64,000 bases of DNA from Eledone cirrhosa. Lineage: Eukaryota. Location of the stretch: the NCBI GenBank assembly GCA_964016885.1, contig OZ024741.1, forward strand, positions 103,230,001 to 103,294,000. The letters are read 5' to 3'. Under the pieces are notes generated by a model that saw only the letters and a program-made list of their open reading frames with translations, searched no databases and was not told the DNA's origin. The translations under genes and the position numbers were made by a program. How positions within the stretch are numbered: the stretch's first letter is position 1; every line of letters starts with the position of its first letter. Below, one piece after another: positions 36,229 to 48,365 of the stretch.

Positions 36229-36598
36229 TATATATACTCAAAATAGAGGGCACAAAAGACAAACACAATGGAAAATAACGGAAAGACGGATAGCCTCATC
36301 TCCTCAGTCAACCTCCGGAAATCACTACGGTTTCGGGTTATTAAAATTGATGTCATTCCTTCCAGTACAGATAGTGACATTACAAAACCAGTGGAGACAA
36401 GTTATGCTTTTAGACAAATTACACAAATATAGAATGGGTAAGGCCTTAGACAAAGGAGGAAAAATATAGTAAGGAGAGAATAATAATGACTGTAGTCCAA
36501 CGCGCAGGATATATTCATACATGTATATACAACATGTCCCAAGGCTCTGATACAATCAACACCATAAACACAGAGCTGGCATATCTAAGAACTGACTA

Positions 36599-36654
36599 AC
36601 TGCCTGATGAGGTCATAGCCATTCAATGGCTATCATCGAAATATATATAGCAGT
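36599..36654 (+). ncRNA. Minimal hammerhead, canonical core, (UA)n palindromic stem III
   Basis: ACTGC-CTGATGA-GGT.c.ATAGCCATT.c.AATGGCTAT.c.ATC-GAAA-TATATA-TA-GCAGT, followed by AATAAA. Confidence 0.82.
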
Positions 36655-36849
36655 AAATAAAGGATTATGAGTTCATGCAATTGACTTATGTTTCGTCACT
36701 ATATATATATATATATTAATTTGATATAAATATATATCACTTTGTATGGGAAATTCAATTATGGCACTATATAATATTGGGTAGACAACTTTCTATTGAA
36801 ATCTTTAATATATTATGAGAGGGTGGACTGTGTTTAAAATTAAATATAA

Positions 36850-37690
36850 ATATATAACCTTTTATATAAGGGACTCAATAGAGGCACCATATAATGTCTA
36901 TTAGAGCAATAAATTTTATTATTATAATGAGCTAGTTACCTCCCCTTACGCATTAGCTCCCCTTAATTACATACCCGCTTCCGGATATTAAACCGCTGTA
37001 AATTCTCGCAGCTGAAAGACCCTAATCTATAAATATGGATTAAATAACACTAAGTTACAATACATTACAATCCATTACTATAACAAACATTCAATACAAA
37101 TATATCGTAACTTATGTGATGGATGTGAAAACTGTAACTTTCTTTTTCTGCACACATTCAAATTTGAACTATACGGAAAATATCCTCGCACTGCAACCAC
37201 CATAAAACACTAACATATTCGCATAAAGTGCTTGTATCTCATGTAATACCTTGCCATACAGTACTAATATATACATGATACATTTGCTTGTTCCATCCCT
37301 TTATATATGACTAACGCATATACTATCTGTTTAATTTAATTATTAGAATATTCTCTTGTATTATCTGTATTATTTGTCGCATGTATTCCAACCTATGCTT
37401 TTAATCTTGTTTTTAAATTTAATTTTGATTTTAATCTTAATTTGAATTATTGTACAAATATAGTATAATATAATATATGTCGCATCAATTCCACACTGTA
37501 AACATGAAACTGTTGTACACAACATCAATATATATATATGTATATGTATGTTTCTTCGGTTGAGTAGGAGGTCAATTATATGTACAAACATTAAAAATGC
37601 TCCGAAGACTCCAAACCTAGGTTTGGAAGAAACAATTGTCAGCAAATAAATGGTTTAAACATAACTTTGATTCTTGTGAATTCAATATGG
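36850..37690 (+). mobile_element. Second copy of the 10400-11280 repeat
   Basis: Colinear similarity and the same terminal HHR. Confidence 0.65.
37598..37644 (+). ncRNA. Minimal hammerhead, U4C core
   Basis: TGCT-CCGAAGA-c-TCCAAAC.ctag.GTTTGGA-a-GAAA-CAATTG-TC-AGCA. Confidence 0.68.
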
Positions 37691-37947
37691 GGGTGGGGAG
37701 TATGTATGTCTGTGTCTGATATACACACCTGATACACGTGTTTTTTCTAAAAAAACAACTTTCCATTTTTTCCACTCTCACACTCCACTAGCTCTCTATT
37801 TTTTATCCTTCCGTTGATGAAATATTAGCGTCCGAAACGTTAAGACTCTTTTCTTACTATATCTTGTGTAAACTATATCGTTTGCTGTTTAAATTTCCGT
37901 TCGTTGCTATATGCCATGTTGAAATTATACCCTCCACGTGTTACGTG

Positions 37948-38017
<70 letters not shown>

Positions 38018-38042
38018 CAACAAATTTAATATAGAATAGAAA

Positions 38043-38096
38043 TGGCTTCTACAGGACTAGAACTGTTTCATTCGAAGGAAACCATCAGGAAAGCCA
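38043..38096 (-). ncRNA. Type I hammerhead-like motif, A9G
   Basis: TGGC.t.TTC-CTGATGg-t.TTC.cttc.GAA.t-GAAA-CAG.ttctagtc.CTG-TA-GAAGCCA. Confidence 0.55.
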
Positions 38097-38230
38097 ACTG
38101 TCATTGTAATATGATGATATTTGTATATTTTCTGGTGGTTGGAGAAGGTGGTGATTTGGAGGATGGGTAGAGGTCATTGGCCAAGAGATTTATATATATA
38201 CATTGAGGGCATAACTTCAACATGGCGTAT

Positions 38231-38329
<99 letters not shown>

Positions 38330-38348
38330 CCTATTATTTTATTTGACA

Positions 38349-38471
38349 ATTGTTTCCGAAGAAGACGGTATGATCGAACCCATATATTATGCCTGATAGT
38401 ATACAGTTTTCTAACTGCTACAGATCAGTAATATAACGATGATCAACCCTCCGATACGATTGTAAAACAAT
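38349..38471 (+). ncRNA. Degenerate long-stem-II hammerhead-like motif, U4C
   Basis: ATTGTTT-CCGAAGA-(90 nt)-GAtA-CGATTG-TA-AAACAAT. Confidence 0.5.
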
Positions 38472-38523
38472 GAATGAGATATGTAAAATAACTTGCCTTT
38501 GTTATCATTGTTAAATAAAATAA

Positions 38524-40769
38524 TATCTAATATATCAGACTCTGTATCTGAAAGATTGCCTCAGTGAAATATAGAACCAATCACTGGATCTCTCTGAACT
38601 TCATGTTAACGGTTTACATTGAGTTCTAACTATGGTATAGACCCTAGCAGTATTGGTTATTAGAGTAGTCGCCACTTTAACAGGGTAGATGATTGAAGGT
38701 CGTTAGTTGCCAGTGTGGTAAGTGATAGTATCTTCGTTGGATCATCTTGTTGACATAGACGTGAGGGAAGGTCCCTCGATCTATTTACCATCTATTTACA
38801 ATATTCCTTTCGTCAGGTCGCCAATTCCAGCAGCATGGATTATAGATGTTATTGAGATACGAGTAACATAATAATGATTTCAACAGCAGTAATTAGAGAT
38901 GAAATGTTTGTTTATTTTTGATGTAGTACAAACAATGTTTGTTAACTTATATGGTTGAAGTTACAGATAAAAAGAGGTTACAAAAGGGAATGTGCCATTG
39001 CGCCGTTAAGCCGTCATGGACGATCAGTGTGCAACGAGATGCGAAGCTGTTTGAGTTCAGCTGCAAATAGTATTCTCGTGTTGCGGTGCCTGTTTGGATC
39101 CAGTGGATTAAGCTCTGTGAGCTGCTAGCATGTGACAGCATCTCAACCAGGTGAAAAGGGACTCGCAGAATATTACGTTTGAAGAACATATACCAAGAAC
39201 AACATGGTGTGTGATAAAAAAAATGTGTGCATATGCAGGCATGTAAAACAGCAAAGAATGTGAATGAACAAAAACCATGAGCAAACAAATATCAAAAGAG
39301 CACAAAACAAGTAAATGCATTCTACAAAAAAATATGTGAATGTAACAAACTGATAATTCAAAGTCAATCTAGGGGAGCAGAGAAATTGCTCAATAAGTTC
39401 AAAGTTTTTCAAAGTCAAATAGTTCACACATCACCAGCGTACAGACACTAGTTCTATCTGAAAACTGAAAAAGAAGTTTGCTAATGCCGTTAGGGGTTAG
39501 ATGTATGGTGTTTTTGTGAGATTTCGTGGCCATCTTGTGTGGCATAAGGTTGTGTTGCTTATTGTTAAAGCAAAGTCAAAGAATCTTCTGTAGAGTAGCA
39601 GTCACCAAATATGGCAGCCACGTCTGACGCCATAATGGTGCGAAAACTACTGTCTTAATTTCTCGAGTCCCTGTGGTAACGAGATAGAAGGTATGGTGGT
39701 TGGACAGAAGGTATGGTGGTTGCGTCGGTAAAGTTACAAGCCGTTTTGAAATTTCCGATGTGTGGTGGTTTGCGTCGGTAAGGCTATGAAGCTGCCACTC
39801 ACTGTTCCCTGTATTGGTCAGTGGTTAAACAACGCTGTCGCTGCTGCTGTCGTTGTTGTTGTCAAGTGTAGCCATGACATTTCGGTAGCCATCTTGAATT
39901 TTTTTCGTGGCGAAAAATTCTTTGAAATACTGCCAATTTTTCAAAAAATTTTTGAAAGGAATATATTGAATTTTCGCAAGTTGCGAAAAGGTTGGCAACG
40001 TGGCAATAAAAGTTCAACTGAATAAAAAAGAAGGGCTGCGTTAAATTCTTACGTCGGTCACCACTTTAGCAGTATTGGTTATTAGAGTAGTCGCCACTTT
40101 AACAGGGTAGATGATTGAAGGTCGTTATTTGCCAGTGTGGTAAGTGATAGTATCCTCGTTGGATTATCTTGTTGACATAGACGTGAGGGAAGATCCCTCG
40201 ATCTATTTACCATCTATTTACAATATTCCTTTCGTCAGGTCGCCAATTCCAGAAGCATGGATTATAGATGTTATTGAGATACGAGTAACATAATAATGAT
40301 TTCAACAGCAGTAATTAGAGATGAAATGTTTGTTTATTTTTGATGTAGTACAAACAATGTTTGTTAACTTATATGGTTGAAGTTACAGATAAAAAGAGGC
40401 TACAAAAGGGAATGTACCATTGCGCCGTTAAGCCGGCGAGGCTAGGGTGCAAGTCTCACCGTTACATTATGCGTGTTGCTGGCTTGAAGTTTTCGGTACA
40501 AAAAAGCGATTCTTCAAATCTTCGCGGGGAATTTCTTCCTCAGGGCGCGTAGGGATACATCCTCTTCTACTGGCGCTGATTGGCTGAACTGAGCCAAATC
40601 ACGCACAGAGAATGTATGTGAGCCCGCGGAATGTAGGTCACTACAATATCTAATATATCAGACTCTGTATCTGAAAGATTGCCTCAGTGAAATATAGAAC
40701 CAAACACTGGATCTCTCTGAACTTCATGTTAACGGTTTACATTGAGTTCTAACTACGGTATAGACCCTA
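38524..40769 (+). repeat. Nested direct repeats A-B-C-B-D-A, possibly a Helitron-like element plus a second head
   Basis: A: 38524-38646 = 40647-40769, beginning A|TCTAATATA. B: 38645-39013 = 40067-40434. D ends in a degenerate hairpin plus CTAC. Confidence 0.55.
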
Positions 40770-40878
40770 CCACGAAAGGTAGACCACATTGAATATATAT
40801 ATATATGTGAGTGTGTCAGCCGGACAAACGAGTAGAAGGATATGTTTTTTTGCTTGCGGCATATCACAAAGTCGGATT

Positions 40879-40966
40879 TTCATCTGAAGATACCGTTCTC
40901 ATAACAACAAATGCATAAATTACACCTTGGATTGCATAAGAGAACCGTTGACATAAGTATTATGAA
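40879..40966 (+). ncRNA. Degenerate hammerhead-like motif
   Basis: TTCAT-CTGAAGA-..GTTCTC...GAGAAC..-GAcA-TAAGTA-TT-ATGAA, overlapping AATAAA. Confidence 0.4.
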
Positions 40967-41017
40967 TAAACGATTTATGTAACATCAGCATCTTTCTTAA
41001 TGTTATTCTTATGTGTG

Positions 41018-41090
<73 letters not shown>

Positions 41091-41216
41091 GAAAATTGAG
41101 AATGTATAACACTCAACTTATCAGATAGGCAGTATATGGTTAGCTCAATGTCTGAAGACAGAGCCGTAATACAATTAACAACAAAGAGCGCTTAGAACAT
41201 AGGTATATCTTTAATT

Positions 41217-41260
41217 GCTGGCAATGTTTCGTCCACACTAAAAGTGGGACTCTTCAGAGC
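41217..41260 (-). ncRNA. Minimal hammerhead, U16.1 to C mutation
   Basis: GCT-CTGAAGA-GTCC.CAC.tttta.GTG.t.GGAC-GAAA-CATTG-cC-AGC. Confidence 0.62.
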
Positions 41261-43962
41261 TTAAAGAGTAGATACAGAGTATAGAAGCATTAACAAATCC
41301 AAAACAGAAGAATATAATGTGGGGATATCATAAGGTGGGAGGAATTTAAAGTATTTTTCATGTAAAAGATAAGGAATAAAAAATAAAAAATAAAAAATAA
41401 AAAATAAAAAATAAAAAATAAAAAATAAAAAATAAAGAATAAAAAATAAGAAATAAAAAATAAAAAATAAAAAATAAAAAATAAAAAATAAAAAATAAAA
41501 AATAAAATCAAGCAAAAGATAGTGAATATGAGGAATATACTAATACTAATAAGGATACGGATCTAAAATGTTATCACTCACAGTTGGGTAGGGTTATATT
41601 ATGACCGGCAATCATGGAAGCAATGATGTGATTGGTTAACACACAGCTACGTATGCATACACTCACATAAAAGTATACATATAAGCATGAGCACCCGCAT
41701 GCACCTACACGCAAGCACCCATATGCAATACAGAAAGTATACACCAATACAAATGACATATCAAAAACGGATGGGCACATACTCATACTGTGACAAAATA
41801 TAGCAATAACAGTAGAAACGATGACATATAACATGGAGGAGTACAATATAAAGAAATATAATAAATTATAAAAACGTATAAAAATATGGGAACATAAGGA
41901 CATATAACGGAAGGAACATACATGGTAGGAAACTCATAAGGAGTACACCGTAATGGATGAGAAAAAAACAATAAAGGAATAAGAATATAAAAAGTATAAA
42001 ATGCATGGTAAAAAATTTTTTTTTAAAGAAGTTAAGAGATAAAAATAGATAAAAACTAGATAAAAAATAAAGTAAAATATACACCATAAAGGAAGGTGTC
42101 AATAAAGATGAGACTGGCAAATGTATAAGTTATCAAGCTATGTGCAACAAGTGATATACGTAAAATATATAGAATATATAAAAGAAACATATATATAAGG
42201 ATATATATATATACACATTTATAAAAATAACTGGGGGTAAATAAGGTAATAAGGATAATATGGATGATAATGAAGGCATGTAATGATAATAGTAGTATAG
42301 GTGCTAGTTTCCTAATATTGGAAATAATGTCAGTAAATTGAGTTAATAAAATAAAATAAAAATAAAAATAAAAATTTGGTTAAATACTAATATAAAGTAC
42401 TCATAATGTTTTAAGAAAATTTAGAAATTATAAGGTGACACTAATACTGATTCATGGTGATATAAGGAATATATCAGGAATACAAGAAAATTTTAGGTGT
42501 TGCAATTAGCAGCAGTCCAAAAATAGAGTGTTCGAATGAGATCTTTATAAGCAGATGCGATGTCCACACTAGATGAGTGGACTATTACAATATAATGGAG
42601 ACATCCTAGGTTAGACAATCCCAAAAATTCATACTACAAAGTTCAATCCGCAGATGTGCATTCATAAAGTTGAGTACTCAGGCAGAAATCATTGGTTGAC
42701 AAGATGTATCACAAGCAGGAACATATGCTGGGAAGGTTGCAGGCAAATTCTTATATAGCAGTGCGAACATCAAAGGGCAAACAATTGAGGTGCACATCAG
42801 TGAATAAAAGCAGGCAAAAGCAGATGGTTCCATACGGTTAAGTGAAGCAGGTTATTATTATGCATACCACTTAATATAAAATACTAAATACAAAATACAA
42901 GTGGCAAATTTAACACTCAACAACGTGCATAGCAAATAGCTTTCAGAGCCGATAACCTCTCAAAATTACAACACTGAGTAATGTCGCTGGCATCACAAGA
43001 ATACAGGTAGGGTTAGCCCAGAGACAGTCTATATATATATATATATATATACACACACATATATACATACACACACACACACACATAACACCGGTCCCCC
43101 AAAATTTATGCGGATATAGTGCACAAAGTGTCTTACCCAGCTATCAAAAGTCATAAACCCACAACAGGTGTTTTCACAGCAACAGAGGAACAACAACCAA
43201 TAGGAGTAATCAACCAGAGCAATCACGATCAAACTTAAAATTAAACCCCATGAGAATATGAGTATTCACACGTGTAGTCACCGGATTCAAGTATAAACAA
43301 ACCGTTAATAAATACGGAAGGTTATCAGGGCCAAGACGTTATTATTGGGAGAATACACACAGAGAGCGTCAATATACGGAAGGCCAACTGTGTCAAAAAC
43401 ACAACACCAGGCAAAAACACCACAAAATCAGCATGTAAACTGTGAACCGCAGAGTAGGAGGGTAACACATACATGTACTCCATAACTACTGCCCACGGCG
43501 AGATGGCACAGGTCAGCCCACAGTGACTGGCTAAATCACCGTCCAATATGGGCACAGGCCCATTGGTTTACTCAGAGTCAATAAAAGTAATTTAAATAAA
43601 AGGTGAGGGGCTGGCCAAATATAATCAAATGTGCGTCTTATAACGCAGTACACACTCTACATAGATGTAATACATCACAACTCATGAGTATATAAAGGTA
43701 CAAATCAACTCAATACACGTTGGGATAGGCCACCCAGTGCACAACACACACACGGTGGCTGGGCAAGTATGGATGGGTCACATCCACTGTACCGAACAGG
43801 GGTGCTTATCAACATATACACCAACTCACATATACCCCACGATATCAAAATTCCATAATCCCATGCAGGCATACATATACACACAGATTCATACACAAAC
43901 AAACAAAACAAACAATATGAGACAATTACACTAGATTACCCAACTGGAGAATTCTGAAAGCG

Positions 43963-44731
43963 TTAGCTAATAGGCTTAAAATAAAAGAAAGAGCTTAATA
44001 TCTGGTGGGGGCAAGAAGAAAATATTTCTGACTTTCTATTAAGCAGGGAGCACTTGGCGAATATAATAGAGTGGGATTCCATAAGGCAAAGGTTACATAC
44101 TCTATTATGAGGAGTATAGGGATGGGATTTAGCAACTTGCCGCCAAGTGAGGGTGTACTGTGTTCGTGCATTTTTTAAATTGTGGACGTGCGCTGCCAAG
44201 GAAGTAGAATTCTTAAGTTTATTATGTCTAAATGTACACTGGTGAGAGTTGAATCTGGTTTTAAAAGAGGTGGAAGTTGATCCAATATAAGTTTTAGTGG
44301 ATGCAGTAGTTACCACATCACACGCATAAACTATGTTTCTAGTAAGGCAGAAACCATTCAGGGGGCAGCTTGAAGCCCTTCTACAGTTACAGTTTCTGGT
44401 GATGCTATTATCTAAATGATAACTAGCTTGCTGACTACGGGTATTCAAGCTATCACTGCCGACGTCAGTGCTTTCTCCTAGGCGTAAGGTGTCAAGGCCT
44501 TCCTTAATTTTCTTATTATTAGTATTGGCTAGATGAGAGGCCAGATTTGGGGTTGTAGAATACGAAAGTTTAACCACATTCATATTAAGGATAGAATGGT
44601 ACTTATTACCAGGAGGGAAGTTCTTTTCCAACATAGAGAAGAAGGCCCTAGGAATATTCGTAGCTACTTCAGAGTTAAATGGGGGGGGGGTAAAATATGT
44701 ATTCAATCTTCTTCTATTCTTTTTATTTTTA

Positions 44732-44775
<44 letters not shown>

Positions 44776-46225
44776 TCCATTGCTAAGGTTACTATGTTCA
44801 ACTATTCTATGCGGGGAGCTATGAGGCTTACTATTACTGTTACTTAGTCCATTGGTACCCTGATGGTTCATTTTACTAGTATTCCTAACCCTCCTGCTCG
44901 AATTACCTCTAGTACCAATGGACATATTATGTGTTATAACAACACTGGTAGAGCTACTATTTGGACTACCATTTCCCTGGGCATAATGTAATTTGTCCCT
45001 AAATCCGGATTTAGCTAAGGCATCATTATAATAATCAGCCTGCGAGTTAAACGCCTCTTCGCTATGCGAGAGTGAACTTATTCTGTTAGAGACCCCCGTC
45101 AATATACCACTGATGACCGACTTAGGGTGGTTAGAGTTAGTATTTACATAAGTCAGCAATTCATTAGGCTTATGGTACGGTGTGTACGTATGGTTACCTA
45201 AGTCCAATGTAACATCAAGAAAGTTGACAATTCTATCATTTATTTCCATAGTAATGGACAGATTAAAGGTTTTAAAGAATTTATACAGCTTTTTCCTAAT
45301 GCTCACTATATTATACTTGCTAACATCTATGGAGAGTAGGGCATCATCGCGGTACAACCCACCCTAAGGAATGGAAAATTACTATGCAGTTCGGTAAGGA
45401 GGTAGAGCCCAACTAAGTCAGTGACCTGAGCAGAATCACTTGACCCCATAGTAATGTCAAAATTATCCGGTGTGTTTTTTCTCGTCCATAACGTATCCTC
45501 AAACATAATGATAGTTTTACGTGCAGCGAGAACGATATCTATCTGTGGCCGTGTAAGGTTCCCTTTCTGCATGGCTAGGATAAGGGCCTTATTGAGGATG
45601 ATAGGAGATATAGATGTATAATAAGCATCAATATCAAATTGGATAAACCTAAGCGAGTCACACTTACAATCCGTAGAAAACCACTTAATGACTTCACTAG
45701 TATTACCCCATAGCTCAAGGAATGTTTTTTCCTTAACTAAGGGAATTACGCTATCTAAGATTCTCTTACTTATAATCCCCAGATCAGACTTCGAGGGGCA
45801 GATAAGCCTAACTGAAGGGTTACTAATAAAGTTTTCCTTATGGTCCTTAAGGGTGAATCTAGGCTGTTTGGGGTAGTATGGTTGAGTGTGTCTATCTAAA
45901 CCTAATTTTACTACTATGTTATACCCCGCTAGATTAATATTATCTAAATTACTCTGCGTTGTCTTTTTGTAGTTCCTATGTAGTTCATTATAAATGAAAC
46001 TACGATAAGTTTTATAATCCATACTATACAAGTTTTTAGTTTTGTCAGAAGGGACTAGAATAGATTTATTATCTTGTAAGTCCTTAACTATAGAATCGAG
46101 TTTACTCTGAAACTTATTGGTACATCCAGATTTTTTATACCTAATATTCCTAACAAGGGATAACAGCTCACTTTCGAAATTATCCAATAGGCTATTGTGT
46201 GGGGGGCTCCTATATGTCTTAATGG
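43963..46225 (-). pseudogene. PLE RT + GIY-YIG ORF with a single frameshift near 45360
   Basis: ORFs 45327-46187 and 43963-45357: PSDKTKNLY, QFDIDAYY, MGSSDSAQ, LYRDD, VNFLDVTL, CNCRRASSCPL, IVYAC..YIGST..FKTRFNSH, CNLC, LLNRKSE..SCPH. Confidence 0.93.
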
Positions 46226-47582
46226 AGGGGGGCTCCTATATGTCGTATGGAACCATCTGCTTTTGCCTGCTTTTATTCACTGATATGCACCTCAATTGTT
46301 TGCCCTTTGATGTTCGCACTGCTATATAAGAATTTGCCTGCAACCTTCCCAGCATATGTTCCCGCTTGTGATACATCTTGTCAACCAATGATTTTTGCCT
46401 GAGTACTCAACTTTATGAATGCACATCTGCGGATTGAACTTTGAAGTATGAATTTTTGGGATTGTCTAACCTAGGATGTCTCCATTATATTGTAATAGTC
46501 CACTCATCTAGTGTGGACATCGCATCTGCTTATAAAGGTCTCATTCGAACACTCTATTTTTGGACTGCTGCTAATTGCAACACCTAAAATTTTCTTGTAT
46601 TCCTGATATATTCCTTATATCACCATGAATCAGTATTAGTGTCACCTTATAATTTCTAAATTTTCTTAAAACATTATGAGTACTTTATATTAGTATTTAA
46701 CCAAATTTTTATTTTTATTTTTATTTTATTTTATTAACTCAATTTACTGACATTATTTCCAATATTAGGAAACTAGCACCTATACTACTATTATCATTAC
46801 ATGCCTTCATTATCATCCATATTATCCTTATTACCTTATTTACCCCCAGTTATTTTTATAAATGTGTAATAATATATATCCTTATATATATGTTTCTTTT
46901 ATATATTCTATATATTTTACGTATATCACTTGTTGCACATAGCTTGATAACTTATACATTTGCCAGTCTCATCTTTATTGACACCTTCCTTTATGGTGTA
47001 TATTTTACTTTATTTTTTATCTATTTTTTATCTAGTTTTTATCTATTTTTATCTCTTAACTTCTTTTAAAAACATTTTTTTACCATGCATTTTATACTTT
47101 TTATATTCTTATTCCTTTATTGTTTTTTTCTCATCCATTACGGTGTACTCCTTATGAGTTTCCTACCATGTATGTTCCTTCCGTTATTTGTCCTTATGTT
47201 CCCATATTTTTATATGTTTTTATAATTTATTATATTTCTTTATATTGTACTCCTCCATGTTATATGTCATCGTTTCTACTGTTATTGCTATATTTTGTCA
47301 CAGTATGGAGTATGTGCCCATCCGTTTTTGATGTTATTTGTATTGGTGTATACTTTCTGTATTGCATATGGGTGCTTATGTGTAGGTGCATGCGGGTGCT
47401 CATGCTTATATGTATACTTTTATGTGAGTGTATGCATACGTAGCTGTGTGTTAACCAATCACATCATTGCTTCCATGATTGCCGGTCATAATATAACCCT
47501 ACCCAACTGTGAGTGATAACATTTTAGATCCGTATCCTTATTAGTATTAGTATATTCCTCATATTCACTATCTTTTGCTTGA

Positions 47583-47875
47583 TTTTATTTTTTATTTTTT
47601 ATTTTTTATTTTTTATTTTTTATTTTTTATTTTTTATTTTTTATTTTTTATTTTTTATTTTTTATTTTTTATTTTTTATTTTTTATTTTTTATTTTTTAT
47701 TTTTTATTTTTTATTTTTTATTTTTTATTTTTTATTTTTTATTTTTTATTTTTTATTTTTTATTTTTTATTTTTTATTTTTTATTTTTTATTTTTTATTT
47801 TTTATTTTTTATTTTTTATTTTTTATTTTTTATTTTCTATTTTCTATTTTTTATTTTTTATTTTTTATTTTTTTT
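47583..47875. repeat. (TTTTTTA)n heptamer array
   Basis: Read directly. The equivalent array in the other arm (41375-41507) is less than half as long. Confidence 0.95.
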
Positions 47876-47998
47876 TAATCCTTTATTCCTTATCTCTTAC
47901 ATGAAAAATACTTTAAATTCCTCCCACCTTATGATATCCCCACATTATATTCTGTTTTGGATTTGTTAATGCTTCTATACTCTGTATCTACTCTTTAA

Positions 47999-48042
47999 GC
48001 TCTGAAGAGTCCCACTTTTAGTGTGGACGTAATATTGTCAGC
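47999..48042 (+). ncRNA. Minimal hammerhead, A13U mutation
   Basis: GCT-CTGAAGA-GTCCCAC.tttta.GTGTGGAC-GtAA-tATTG-TC-AGC. Confidence 0.6.
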
Positions 48043-48083
48043 AATTAAAGATATACCTATGTTCTAAGCGCTCTTTGTTGTTA

Positions 48084-48120
<37 letters not shown>

Positions 48121-48124
<4 letters not shown>

Positions 48125-48277
48125 CGTTTCTGAATTTGTTTAGCAAGATTGTTTAGCAAGATTCTTTATCTGAAATCGTGTGTTGAAACCGATATTGTTA
48201 TACTTTGGGAGGGTCATGTTGCCAATAAGAAACACACTCACCAGTTGCTTTCACTTCAATTTATTATAATAAATTTA
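48121..48277. repeat. Short dispersed repeat between (TA)n tracts
   Basis: Reverse complement of 35520-35663, with an added local duplication of TGTTTAGCAAGAT. Confidence 0.8.
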
Positions 48278-48292
48278 AAATAAAATACTAAC

Positions 48293-48365
<73 letters not shown>

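Larger units (their letters stand above)
41169..48090 (-). mobile_element. Near full-length Hydra-like PLE with 1.7-1.85 kb inverted arms
   Basis: 41169-42836 is the reverse complement of 46244-48090. ORF at 43963-46225 (-), 3' UTR about 2.8 kb. Confidence 0.92.

Noticed and set aside
37806-37846. Hammerhead at CTT-CCGTTGA...GAAACGTTAAG
   Set aside because: The 3' half fits, but the core has several changes and there is no convincing stem II. At most a relic, so not counted.
41169-48090. DNA transposon or Polinton with long TIRs
   Set aside because: The interior encodes PLE RT and GIY-YIG, not a transposase or polB, and the arms are copies of the 3' UTR.
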